Of a DNA stretch of 23,410 nucleotides, positions 1 to 8,263 are shown piece after piece. Under the pieces are notes generated by a model. It made no database searches. It was not told the origin of the DNA and worked only from the letters and a program-made list of their open reading frames with translations. Numbering within the stretch: position 1 is the stretch's first letter; each line of letters opens with the position of its first letter. The position numbers and the translations under genes are program-made. The stretch is from Octopus sinensis (lineage: Eukaryota), in contig NW_021836659.1 in the NCBI RefSeq assembly GCF_006345805.1, forward strand, positions 1 to 23,410, read 5' to 3'.

Positions 1-1
1 T

Positions 2-702
2 GTCAAAGGAAGGCTAACTAGGAAGATGGTTTTTGTATGTGGCAGATGCTCAGGAACAATAAACACTGAAAATGCTCTGAGACCAACTTCCGTCACTTTC
101 CAGGGAGAAAACTAGAAATAGTTGATAGTTTCCGTCACCTAGGTGACCAAGTCAGCAGCAGGGGCAGGTGTGCTGAAAGTGTAACTGCGAGAGTAAGAAT
201 AGCTTGGGCAAAGTTCAGAGAGCTCTTACCTCTGCTGGTGACTAAAGGCCTCTCGCACAGAGTGAAAGGCAGACTGTATGATGCGTATGTATGAACAGCC
301 ATGCTACATGGCAGTGAAACATGGGCCGTGACTGCTGAGGATATGCGTAAGCTCGCAAGAAATGAAGCCAGTATGCTCCGATGGATGTGTAATGTCAGTA
401 CTCATACTCGGCAGAGTGTAAGTACCTTGAGAGAAAAGCTGGACCTAAGAAGCATCAGTTGTGGTGTGCAAGAGAGACGTTTGCGCTGGTATGGTCATGT
501 GGCGAGAATGGATGAAGATAGTTGTGTGAAAAAGTGCCACACCCTAGCGGTTGAGGGAACCTGCGGAAGAGGCAGACCCAGGAAAACCTGGGACGAGGTG
601 GTGAAGCACGACCTTCGAAGTTTAGGTCTCACTGAGGAAATGACTAGAGACCGAGACCTCTGGAAGTGTGCTGTGTGCGAGAAGACCCGGCAGGACAAGT
701 GA
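2..702 (+). pseudogene. Disrupted RTE reverse-transcriptase ORF2 C-terminus
   Basis: Frame 2 reads VKGRLTRKMVFVCGRCSGTINTENALRPTSVTFQGE, then there is a 1-nt frameshift at ~107-111 into frame 1, an in-frame TGA at 292-294, the 301-702 ORF, and the natural stop at 700-702. Confidence 0.9.
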
Positions 703-774
703 GTCCATAACCCGTGGCCTTCTACATGGGATGGAGCCAGCCTACGTATGCATACCTTCCCTTCTTGGAACACA

Positions 775-968
775 AAACTCTACTTGTGAAGACCTGTTGA
801 GGCAAGTGAGGATCAGAATCGAAATCGATCAATGGAAATTGCAGATGTGTTGCCAGTGCCGGTGGCATGTCGAAACTCTACTTGTGAAGACCTGTTGAGG
901 CAAGTGAGGATCAGAATCGAAATCGATCAATGGAAATTGCAGATGTGTTACCAGTGCCGGTGGCATGT
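775..968 (+). repeat. 96-bp tandem duplication in the LINE 3'UTR
   Basis: 775-870 and 873-968 differ at one base (gtgttGccag vs gtgttAccag) and are separated by CG. Confidence 0.95.
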
Positions 969-1320
969 AAGAGAACCTTCCGTTTCGCGACCGTTGCCAG
1001 CGCCGCCCCGACTGGCCTCGTGCCGGTGGCACGTAAAAAGCACCATCCGTTCATGTCCGTTGACAGCCTCGCCTGGCCTTCGTGCCGGTGGCACATAAAA
1101 AGCACCATCCGTTCGTGGCCGTCTGGCACCTGTGCGGGTGGCACGTAAAAAACACCCACTACACTCACGGAGTGGTTATAGTTAAGAAGGGCATCCAGCC
1201 GTAGAAACACTGCCAGATTTGACTGGGCCTGATGAAGCCTTCTGGCTTCACAGACCCCAGTAGAACCGTCCAACCCATGCTAGCATGGAAAACGGACGCT
1301 AAACGATGATGATGATGATG

Positions 1321-1772
1321 ATATATGTATATATATAGTATATATATATGTATATATATATATATATGTATATATGTATATATATGTATATATATATGTA
1401 TATATGTATATATATATATGTATATATATATATATGTATGTATATATATATATGTATGTATATATATATATATGTATATATATATATGTATGTATATATA
1501 TATATATGTATATATATGTATGTATATATATATGTATATATATATATATATAATATGTATGTATATATATGTGTATGTGTGTATATATATGTATGTATAT
1601 ATTATATATATATGTGTATGTGTGTATTATATATATATGTATATATATCTATATATATATATGTATCTATATGTGTATATATATGTGTGTGTATATAATA
1701 TATATGTATGTATATATGTGTATATATATGTGTGTTATATATATATATATGTATGTATATTGTGTATATATA

Positions 1773-1825
<53 letters not shown>

Positions 1826-1831
1826 GTGTGT

Positions 1832-1871
<40 letters not shown>

Positions 1872-1909
1872 GTATATATTGTGTGTATATATATATATAT
1901 ACATACACA
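1321..1909. repeat. ~590-bp compound (AT)n/(GT) microsatellite
   Basis: Directly visible; it explains the YI-rich spurious ORFs. Confidence 0.98.
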
Positions 1910-2422
1910 CTAGAACTATTACCTGGCGTTGCCGGGTCATAGTGCTAGTGCATGCATATACAGCTGTGTGCGCACATACACACGAGTACCGTCCAAATCT
2001 CCAACCAATCACATACAGCTAGCTGGCATTCAATTGGCATACGAAGTCTCGAGCATTTTGATTGGGTTTGGGATAGAAAATTCACAAAAAAGTCACTTCT
2101 ATTGATTTTTTAATGGCTTTGCGGGGTGACTGGGGAAATTTAAAGATGTGCACGACCCCCCTTGGACGGTTTTCAATGACCATAGAAAGTGCGAGCCCTC
2201 TGACTGAAAAATTGTGTATCACGTCAGGTTAGAGATAGGAAGGATGACTTCCCTTTGCACATACTAATAGGGCACAGAAAATGTGTCAATAGCCAACTGG
2301 AGTAGGTGTCTTCCTGGGGCTACAAGCTACAGTAGCATCCACCCTTAAGGGTTAGCCACATTTAAGTGGCAAATATACTTTACAATGTCGTGCAGCTACT
2401 GTCTATACCTAGCTCAGAGATT

Positions 2423-2430
<8 letters not shown>
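1910..2430 (-). mobile_element. Non-autonomous Helitron-like element; 3' end defined, 5' end uncertain
   Basis: The minus strand ends GACCCGGC-AAC-GCCAGG (hairpin, 1922-1936), 8 nt, CTAG|T (1913-1910). This is the same terminal motif as the element at 19017-19407. The other end runs into (AT)n at ~2427. Confidence 0.6.
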
Positions 2431-2465
<35 letters not shown>

Positions 2466-2474
2466 CACACACGA

Positions 2475-2624
2475 GAGGCTTCTTTCCGTTTCCACCAAGC
2501 AAGTCCTATCACAAGGCTTGGGTTGGTCAGAGGCTGTAGTTGAAGACATTTGCTCAAGGTACCACCCAGTGGGTCTGAACTCAGAACCATGTGGTTCGGA
2601 AGCAAACTTCTTACCACACAGAGC
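2475..2624 (-). mobile_element. tRNA-derived SINE family A (CORE-like), copy A1
   Basis: Reverse complement aligns with the other family A copies: head, B-box-like GAGTTCAGACC, CCTTGAGCAAATGTCTT and tail GGTGGAAACGGAAAGAAGCC. Confidence 0.8.
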
Positions 2625-2695
2625 AGAGAAAAACAAGAAATGTGCACAGCACACACATACACACAACAACAAAACAAAAAGTTAAATTATAAATA

Positions 2696-2852
2696 GGCGT
2701 GGTCATCTGGTTAGGAGTTTGCTCTCCAATCACATGGTTTCAGGTTCAGTCCAACTGTGTGGCACCTTGGGCTAATGGCTTTAACTATGTCCCCTGGCTG
2801 ACCAAAGCTTTTTGAGTTGATTTGGTAGACGGAAACTGAAAGAATCCTGTCA
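2696..2852 (+). mobile_element. tRNA-derived SINE family A, copy A2, followed by (TG)n and a repeat-C extension to ~3260
   Basis: B-box-like GGTTCAGTCC at 2743-2752, GGCACCTTGGGC and tail TTGGTAGACGGAAACTGAAAGAA. Confidence 0.8.
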
Positions 2853-2914
2853 TATGCATGTGTGTGTATCTGTGTTTGCCCAGTGCTTGACAACTGGTGC
2901 TGGTGTATTTATGT

Positions 2915-3182
2915 CAGAGCTATGGAGTCGGAGTCATAGAGTTGGAAACAATTAAGGGGGAGTTGAAGTCAGTAAAACTATACTGACTCCGACTCACAAT
3001 GTCTTTATTCTTTAATATAAACCAGTTATAACATATAAGTCTACTAAAAGTACATGCATATGCTTTATGAGATAAGAAGACTACACTCAATTACATAAAG
3101 AGGAGTCAGACTCAGAGATGTCAATAGTAGAGGAGTCAGAGGTGCAGTCAAAGTTTTTTTTAATTTTGACTCCACAGCCCTG
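2915..3182. mobile_element. hAT-type MITE
   Basis: 15-bp TIRs CAGAGCTATGGAGTC / GACTCCACAGCCCTG (13/15), an 8-bp TSD ATTTATGT (2907-2914) / GTTTATGT (3183-3190), and repeated internal GAGTC/GACTC motifs. An 8-bp TSD is the hAT hallmark. Confidence 0.85.
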
Positions 3183-3693
3183 GTTTATGTCCCTATAATT
3201 TAGTAATTCAGAACAAAAAAAGAAAAAAACCTGATAGAACAAGTACCAGGCTTAAAATAAAATCAAGGTTGTTGACATGGGTTAAACAGCAAAACTGAAG
3301 AGTAAGGTGGAGTGAAAAACAAGCTTGGATATATATAAATGGCTGCTGTTTCTAGCAAGTCAAGTGACCACATAGAGGCTTCCTCGAGCCCTATAAGCTA
3401 AATAAGTGATATTTGGAGATGACCTACTAAGAAAGAGAAAGACAAGACAGAGCAACCTATGTCTTTAATACAAGTTAAACACAAAAGTACAACTTGTATT
3501 ATAATATACAAAAGAATTTAAAGTTTTACCTTTGAAAGGTCAAAAGATGGGTTAACAAAAGAGTTGTAAGCTAACTGAATTGACTCAGGTACACCTTCTA
3601 TACAGTTGCTTGATCTGCTGGAATTCATAGCTAAACCTGCCAACCCTTTTGATATCAACCTGCTTGCAACTACTCAAGCAGTGATTTAGGTGT

Positions 3694-3793
3694 TGGCATG
3701 GCTGTGTGTTTAAGAAGCTTGCTTGCTAACCATGTGATTTGAGGTTCAGTCCCACTGCATGGCACCTTGGGCAAGTGTCTCTGACAACAGCCC
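3694..3793 (+). mobile_element. SINE family A, 3'-truncated copy A3
   Basis: Head GGCATGGCTGTGTG, B-box GGTTCAGTCCC, GGCACCTTGGGCAAGTGTCT. Confidence 0.8.
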
Positions 3794-3895
3794 AAGGTGA
3801 TAGTATCTCACCTAAATATTCTACCTGTTTGGCCTATCATAACTTATTCTAAAAATAGTCACACCATCCAATCATGCATGGTTAATTTAAAACAA

Positions 3896-4125
3896 CCATC
3901 ATCATCATTTAACGTCTGTTTTCCATTTTGGCATGGATTGGATGATTCAAGAGGAGTTGGTCAGCTCAAGAGCTGCCTGGGTACCATGTCAGTTTTGGCA
4001 TGGTTTCTATGGCTGGATGTCCTTCCGAACACCAACCGCTTTATAGAGTGTACTGAGTGCTTTTACGCATCACCAGCATGAGTACTTCTACACAGGTGCT
4101 TTTATGTGGCCCCAGCACTCACAAG
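3896..4125 (-). mobile_element. RTE-tail-sharing short repeat (5'-truncated LINE or non-autonomous derivative)
   Basis: (CAT)n then TTTAACGTCTGTTTTCCAT...GGCTGGATGTCCTTCC...CCAACC, the reverse complement of the 3' end of the 1-1322 element. Confidence 0.75.
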
Positions 4126-4200
4126 CCTTCAAGATTAGGAACACTCTGCTGGAAAGGGATGCAGGGGACATGCCTGTATGCAAGGACAACCACGATTTAT

Positions 4201-4251
4201 AAATGAATAAGCATTACATTCGACAGAGTAACTTGAATGCTGAAAGGTTAA
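4201..4251 (-). mobile_element. Terminal fragment of the piggyBac-like MITE family seen at 7504-7721
   Basis: Reverse complement TTAACCTTTCAGCATTCAAGTTACTCTGTC matches TTAACCCTTTAGCATTCAGATCACTCTGTC at 7500. Confidence 0.65.
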
Positions 4252-4597
4252 AATGATGAAATAAATACCAATTTCTAAAAGGAAAATATTCATTACCTGA
4301 AAATAAAATTCTCATTTGTATTACTCCTCCCACAACTAGTCATTTACTCCCTATTCTCTTCCTCTGTCGCTTTGCTTCTTTCTCTCTCACTGTACATGTA
4401 AATGTGTATAGCATTCTTTTACTCATTGCCTACCACCAAGCCGAGTATGTGCATCATCTAGCACCTGTTACTTAGTTCTCTGTATCTCACTTTTACTCTT
4501 CTCTTCCTCTCTCCGAACAATGTAAAGCATGACTGGTGAAACGAACCAACTGTATTTTGCCAGCCTAGGCCATTACTATACAGAGATCATAACTATT

Positions 4598-4800
4598 TTG
4601 ACATCCACTTTTCCTTGCTTGTATGGATCAGATAAAATTGTTGAGGCAGACTTTTTCTCTGGCTGGATGCTTTTTTTTATTGGCAACTCTCACCTGTTTC
4701 CAAATGAGTTAATATTTCCCCTTGTCCTTTTACACAACAAACAGCTCAATGGCCAGACATGCTTTTGTGGACAATTGCAAACAAATGACACCGTTTGACT
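4598..4800 (-). mobile_element. RTE-tail-related repeat, body type 3
   Basis: Aligns with 16863-17110 (ACATCCACTTTTCC...GGATGC...CAACTCT...CCTGTTTCCAA...TAATATTTCCCC...GGCCAGACATG). Confidence 0.65.
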
Positions 4801-4892
4801 TATTTACAATTAGCAAGTACATACCAGGACAAAGAGAAGACACATTCACACACACAAACACATATATTTACATGATATAACAAACAATAGCA

Positions 4893-5235
4893 TTGTTCAG
4901 CATCTATCTTCCATGCTGGCATAGATTAGATGGTTTGGCAAGATCTTACAAGCCATTTAGCTCTGATATCTACTTCGGCATCATTTCTGCAGCTGAATGC
5001 CCTTCCCAACACCAACCAATTTACACAGGGTACTTGGTACCTTTTCCTGTTGCACTGGAACAAATAAGGTGACCAAGTATTTCACAAGACAAGACTCCTT
5101 GACTGAGCAGGGATGTATTACTGAGAATGGGGCGGCTTTATGCCAGATGAGAGAGGGTATAAAGTAAGAGAGAGTGGACAGGAACAGGTGTCACACAGTA
5201 GAGAAGATATATGGCTGACCCAGCTGGAAAGAGAA
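4893..5235 (-). mobile_element. RTE-tail-sharing repeat, body type 2 (old)
   Basis: TTCCATGCTGGCAT...GAATGCCCTTCC..CACCAACC tail plus a body also seen at 14881-15255 and, in the opposite orientation, at 8459-8570 and ~5790-5925. Confidence 0.65.
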
Positions 5236-6062
5236 AATAATAATAAAAAAAAAGAGTCCAAGGTGAATATAAGAAAGAAGTAGATCAGAGGATCAGACAA
5301 GGTGAGCAGGTAGGTAAGTTTGTGAGAGTGTGAAAGGGGTTTACCTATATACATCACAAAAAAGCCCTTATGACCAATTAAGAGATGAAGGCTCTGAGCT
5401 TCAAGTGATGTTGCCATTTCTCTTGCCAACAAATAAGCCCTTGAAGACATGAAATAAGAGACCCTTTGCTAGAAAATCAGGTAGGGGTGAGCAACTCAAA
5501 ACACACAACTGTAAAACACAGCTTCAATAATATATTCATCTAATCAGTGCAAGAATGGTAACAGTAATTAAGGGCAGTTGCAGACTAAGTGCAAATAATG
5601 GTGCTCAATGATATGTATCATTTGTCCCTCTATACTGTATCCTTTGTCACCTTTTCCTCCCTGAGCCTTTCCTATTCCCTTTATTTCCTCCTAAACTCTT
5701 ATCCACTGCATCAGCTTCAATCTCCATCACTAATCATCTCTCATCTTCTCACACTTTCACAAACTTACGAATCCACCCACTATTTCTGTTCCTCTATCCC
5801 TAGTCTCTCACTTATATTCACTTTGTAACCTAAGGGTACACCCTCATCATCTTGCTTTCCAACTGGAAAAGCCATGTATTTGCCTCTTCAGTAAGATACC
5901 TGCTCCTGTGCCTCTGTCATACTTTTACACCATCATTATTTCATATCTGTTTTCCATGCTGGTATGGGTTGGATGGTAGGGCTGCATCAGTTACCAGTTG
6001 TCTATTTTGGAATGTACATTATTTACATATGACGGATATTTGTCCTCATCTTGTTTGTTGTT

Positions 6063-6105
6063 AACACGTTTCAGCTGATATACCCTCCAGCCTTCATCAG
6101 GTGTC
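6063..6105 (-). ncRNA. Hammerhead-ribozyme motif, left arm (probably inactivated)
   Basis: The minus strand reads GACAC-CTGATGA-A-GGCTG-(10 nt)-CAGCT-GAAA-CG-TGTT. A 3-nt deletion relative to the right arm removes the UH cleavage site. Confidence 0.6.
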
Positions 6106-6239
6106 TTGAGGAAATTTCGAACCTGGGTTCTTGTTCCTAAGGTATTTTTCAATATTATTGTTATTATTCAGGTCACTGCCTGGAATTGAACTCGGAATCT
6201 TGGGGTTAGTAGCCCGTGCTCTTAACCACTACAGGCATA

Positions 6240-6303
6240 TGGTTAAGAGTGGTTAAGAGCATAGGCTACTAACCTCAAGATACCGAGTTCGATTCCAGGC
6301 AGT
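6240..6303 (+). promoter_or_regulatory. tRNA-derived head with Pol III A/B boxes (mirror copy at 6175-6230, minus strand)
   Basis: A-box-like AGTGGTTAAGAGC at 6248-6260, anticodon-loop-like CT-ACT-AA, and B-box GAGTTCGATTCC at 6285-6296. Confidence 0.75.
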
Positions 6304-6378
6304 GACCTGAATATTAATAATAATAATAACATCGAAAAATACCTTAGGAATGAGAACCCAGATTTGAAATTTTCCCAA

Positions 6379-6424
6379 GACACCTGATGAAGGCTGGAGG
6401 GTATATCAGCTGAAATGTTGTGCT
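6379..6424 (+). ncRNA. Minimal type I hammerhead-ribozyme motif, right arm
   Basis: Stem I GACAC (6379-6383) / GTGCT (6420-6424); core CTGATGA (6384-6390); stem II GGCTG/CAGCT; GAAA (6412-6415); TG-TT, giving a predicted GUU cleavage after 6419. Confidence 0.7.
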
Positions 6425-6644
6425 AACAACAAGATGAGGATAAATATCCATTAAATGTAAATAATGTACATAATTCCTCATCTCTTAAATATAGAACTGT
6501 ATTTTGGAATGGCTTCTGCGGCTAGATGCCCTCCCTAATGTCAACCACTTTGCAGAGTGTACTTTAATACTATACCAAACCCAGATGAGAGGTCTTGTCT
6601 TACAAGTATTTGGGGATCTCATTAGTGTCAGTGCCTTGGAAAAA

Positions 6645-6811
6645 GCAACTAATATACTGTGTAAAGTGGTTGGTAATAGGAAGGGCACCTAGCTGTCGAA
6701 AAACATGTCAAAGCAGACATTGAAGCAAGGCACAGTCTTCAGGCTTATCAATTCCTGTTGAACCATCTGACCCATGCGCATGGAAAATGGATATTAAATG
6801 GTGATGAAGAT
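6645..6811 (+). mobile_element. RTE-tail-sharing repeat
   Basis: GTGGTTGGTAATAGGAAGGGCACC...CCCATGCGCATGGAAAATGGATATTAAATGGTGATGAAGAT; head-to-head with the 5930-6630 copy. Confidence 0.7.
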
Positions 6812-6954
6812 AAATTGGATGGAATGCAGAGCAATTAGGGAAAGGCATGTAGGTTACACAGAAACTGGGCCACAAGAGGAAACCCTGGAGTTGATGCAAA
6901 AGCCAACACACAAAGAGAAAATGCACAGCTAACACAGAAACTAGTCCAACCAAT

Positions 6955-7140
6955 GAAGGAACCTCTATGTGGTTGCAAGACCTGCTAAAAATAGCAACCA
7001 AACCTTCTGCAAATCACATCATAAAACGAAAAAGAAAATGATTGCATTAGATAAGGTAGCCCTGGATATGAAATGAAATAATGGGATTGGCACAGCTGGA
7101 GTATCTGACATTGTTTAACCCAAGGTCAAACTGACCAGGT
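6955..7140 (+). mobile_element. Unclassified interspersed repeat family D
   Basis: The motif CCTCTATGTGGTTGC..ACCTGCTAAAAATAGCAACCAAA..TCAAATCAC recurs at 3335-3385 (-), 9085-9277, 11660-11855, 14167-14373, 17590-17761, 18165-18221 and 19798-19940. Full copies end CTGGGGCTAAACAAC(AAC)n. Confidence 0.65.
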
Positions 7141-7217
7141 CGGAGATGGGAGTGGGGGAAGAGCAACAGATAATCAAAAACATATAAAGCAGTATTCCAG
7201 AAGAAAATTTAACGAAC

Positions 7218-7290
7218 CTTGCGCTCTACTAATTGCCATGGTGATTCTCTCCCACTGGAAACTGAATGCATTTCTTCATCCATTTGTAAT
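7218..7290 (-). CDS. Candidate internal exon of an unidentified host gene (LQMDEEMHSVSSGRESPWQLVERK)
   Basis: Acceptor GATTTTATTGTTTCTTCAG, donor AAG|GTTCGT, only one open frame, located in a non-repeat island. No homology recognised. Confidence 0.35.
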
Positions 7291-7417
7291 CTGAAGAAAC
7301 AATAAAATCAAGATTCAATTACATTAATTTAAAAAATTATCAACATTAATTAGTGGCAAACAGGAAAAGAAAGAAGAGCGAAAGAGACTAACTTTATAAT
7401 CTTTGTACTTTAACTTA

Positions 7418-7840
7418 GTGTTGTTTTTGTTTAACCCCAGGTCAGCCCTGACTGAGCAGACTGATGCTGATGAAAAGTGTTCTAGTCACCGGATTTTGCT
7501 TAACCCTTTAGCATTCAGATCACTCTGTCAAATAAGGCTGATTCATTCACATCAGTTTGAATTAATCATGCATTATGTCACAGCTACAAGATTTCGATGA
7601 TGCAATTGTTTATTTTTAGAATGACATTGTAGGGTAGGTGTAAGAGGTCAGATCTGACCAGTTTGACCACAAAACATGTAGAATATTTAGGCCAGAAATG
7701 GCCAATTTAAATGCTAAAGGCTTAAGATATAACATATCTAAGACTACATTATTTAATGTGTCCTGTTCTTCCTTCGTATATTTTGGTGCAATTTAAATGA
7801 TTTCTAGCAGGTCAACTAATTACACAGTGATTCTCTTCCT
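7418..7840 (-). mobile_element. Repeat family D copy interrupted by a piggyBac-like MITE
   Basis: Tail GTTGTTTTTGTTTAACCCCAGGTCAGCCCTG at ~7420-7450; head GATTTCTAGCAGGTC at ~7800. Confidence 0.65.
7504..7721. mobile_element. piggyBac-like MITE
   Basis: TTAA at 7500-7503 and 7722-7725; TIRs CCCTTTAGCATT / AATGCTAAAGGC (11/12). Confidence 0.88.
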
Positions 7841-7865
7841 GGCTCAAATGATGAACACAACTGAC

Positions 7866-7893
7866 AGCTCTTTCTTGCGATATTCATATATTC
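7866..7893 (-). CDS. Candidate 28-nt exon (xYMNIARKE-L), phase-compatible with 7218-7290
   Basis: Acceptor ATTGTTGTTTTGTTGCAG, donor GCT|GTCAGT. The phase 1 to phase 2 structure joins in frame to the next candidate exon. Confidence 0.3.
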
Positions 7894-8051
7894 TGCAACA
7901 AAACAACAATCGTTTTGCCTCTCTTCAACCCAGCAAGCCATTAACTAGGGACAGCGCTAGGTGTTGGAGAAATTAGCAACTGCCATTGTCAAGAAACGTA
8001 CGTCAAGAAAAGAACTAGTCTTCAGCAATACTATAGGGTTAATAATAATAA

Positions 8052-8263
8052 TTCTTTCTATTATAGACACAAATCCTGAACATTGATAGGGAGTGGGCAG
8101 CTAGTCAGTTACATCAGCCTCCTATACACAAGTACTTTGTTTTATCAAGCCTGAAAGGATGAAAGGCAAAGTTGAGCTCAGCAGGATTTGAACTGAGTCA
8201 GAAGAAATGCTACTAAGCATTTTGTCCAATGATCTAGTGATTGTGCCAGCTTCTTACAGTCTT
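8052..8263 (-). mobile_element. tRNA-derived SINE family B (Meta-domain-like), copy B1
   Basis: GAAAGGATGAAAGGCAAAGTTGAGC...GATTTGAACT (reverse-complement B-box), with (AAT)n at the tail. Confidence 0.8.

Larger units (their letters stand above)
1..1322 (+). mobile_element. RTE-clade LINE, 3' part (RT C-terminal remnant, 3'UTR, (GAT)n tail); runs off the window start
   Basis: The translation is RTE-type: ...LEIVDSFRHLGDQV...RIAWAKFRELLPLL...LYDAYV*TAMLHGSETW...RRLRWYGHVARMDE...GRGRPRKTW. The 3'UTR ends in a stem-loop and (GAT)n at 1305-1322. It is homologous to the inverted copy at 20298-21376. Confidence 0.92.
6012..6499. mobile_element. Fold-back (inverted-repeat) non-autonomous element with tRNA-like heads and hammerhead motifs; Penelope-like architecture
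   Basis: Arms 6012-6230 and 6248-6471 are reverse complements (about 90% by eye), with a 17-nt spacer and an unpaired 28-nt tail (6472-6499). The TSD TATTTTGGAATG is at 6003-6014 and 6500-6511. Confidence 0.9.
5930..6630 (-). mobile_element. RTE-tail-sharing repeat interrupted by the fold-back element
   Basis: The tail at 5930-6014 (TTTTCCATGCTGGTATGGGTTGGATGG) resumes at 6500 (GCTTCTGCGGCTAGATGCCCTCCCTAATGTCAACCACT). Confidence 0.75.

Noticed and set aside
1229-1250. CTGATGA followed by an AGCC/GGCT hairpin, hammerhead-like
   Set aside because: It is followed by TCAC rather than GAAA, and sister copies read CTGGTGCAGCC, so it is a chance variant.
668-1273. Overlapping ORFs of 67-120 aa on both strands, and counterparts at 20312-21083
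   Set aside because: They lie in the LINE 3'UTR or antisense to the RT remnant; no protein-like content.
1325-2022. Long Y/I/M/C/V-rich ORFs (up to 205 aa), and similar ones at 10670, 12482 and 13347
   Set aside because: Stop-free translations of (AT)n/(GT)n microsatellites.
3530-3660. Open minus-strand frame ending IEGVPESIQLAYNSFVNPSFDLSK with a GTAAAA donor
   Set aside because: Overlaps a family D head and a MITE end fragment, and the acceptor is ambiguous.
5118-5450. 110-aa minus-strand ORF (MSSRAYLLAREM...)
   Set aside because: The C-terminal half runs through a decayed repeat, and no domain or firm splice chain is recognised.
6240-6303. Possible genuine tRNA gene (anticodon-like ACT)
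   Set aside because: No complete acceptor or anticodon stem, no terminator after it, and it is embedded in a repeat; treated as a SINE-type head.
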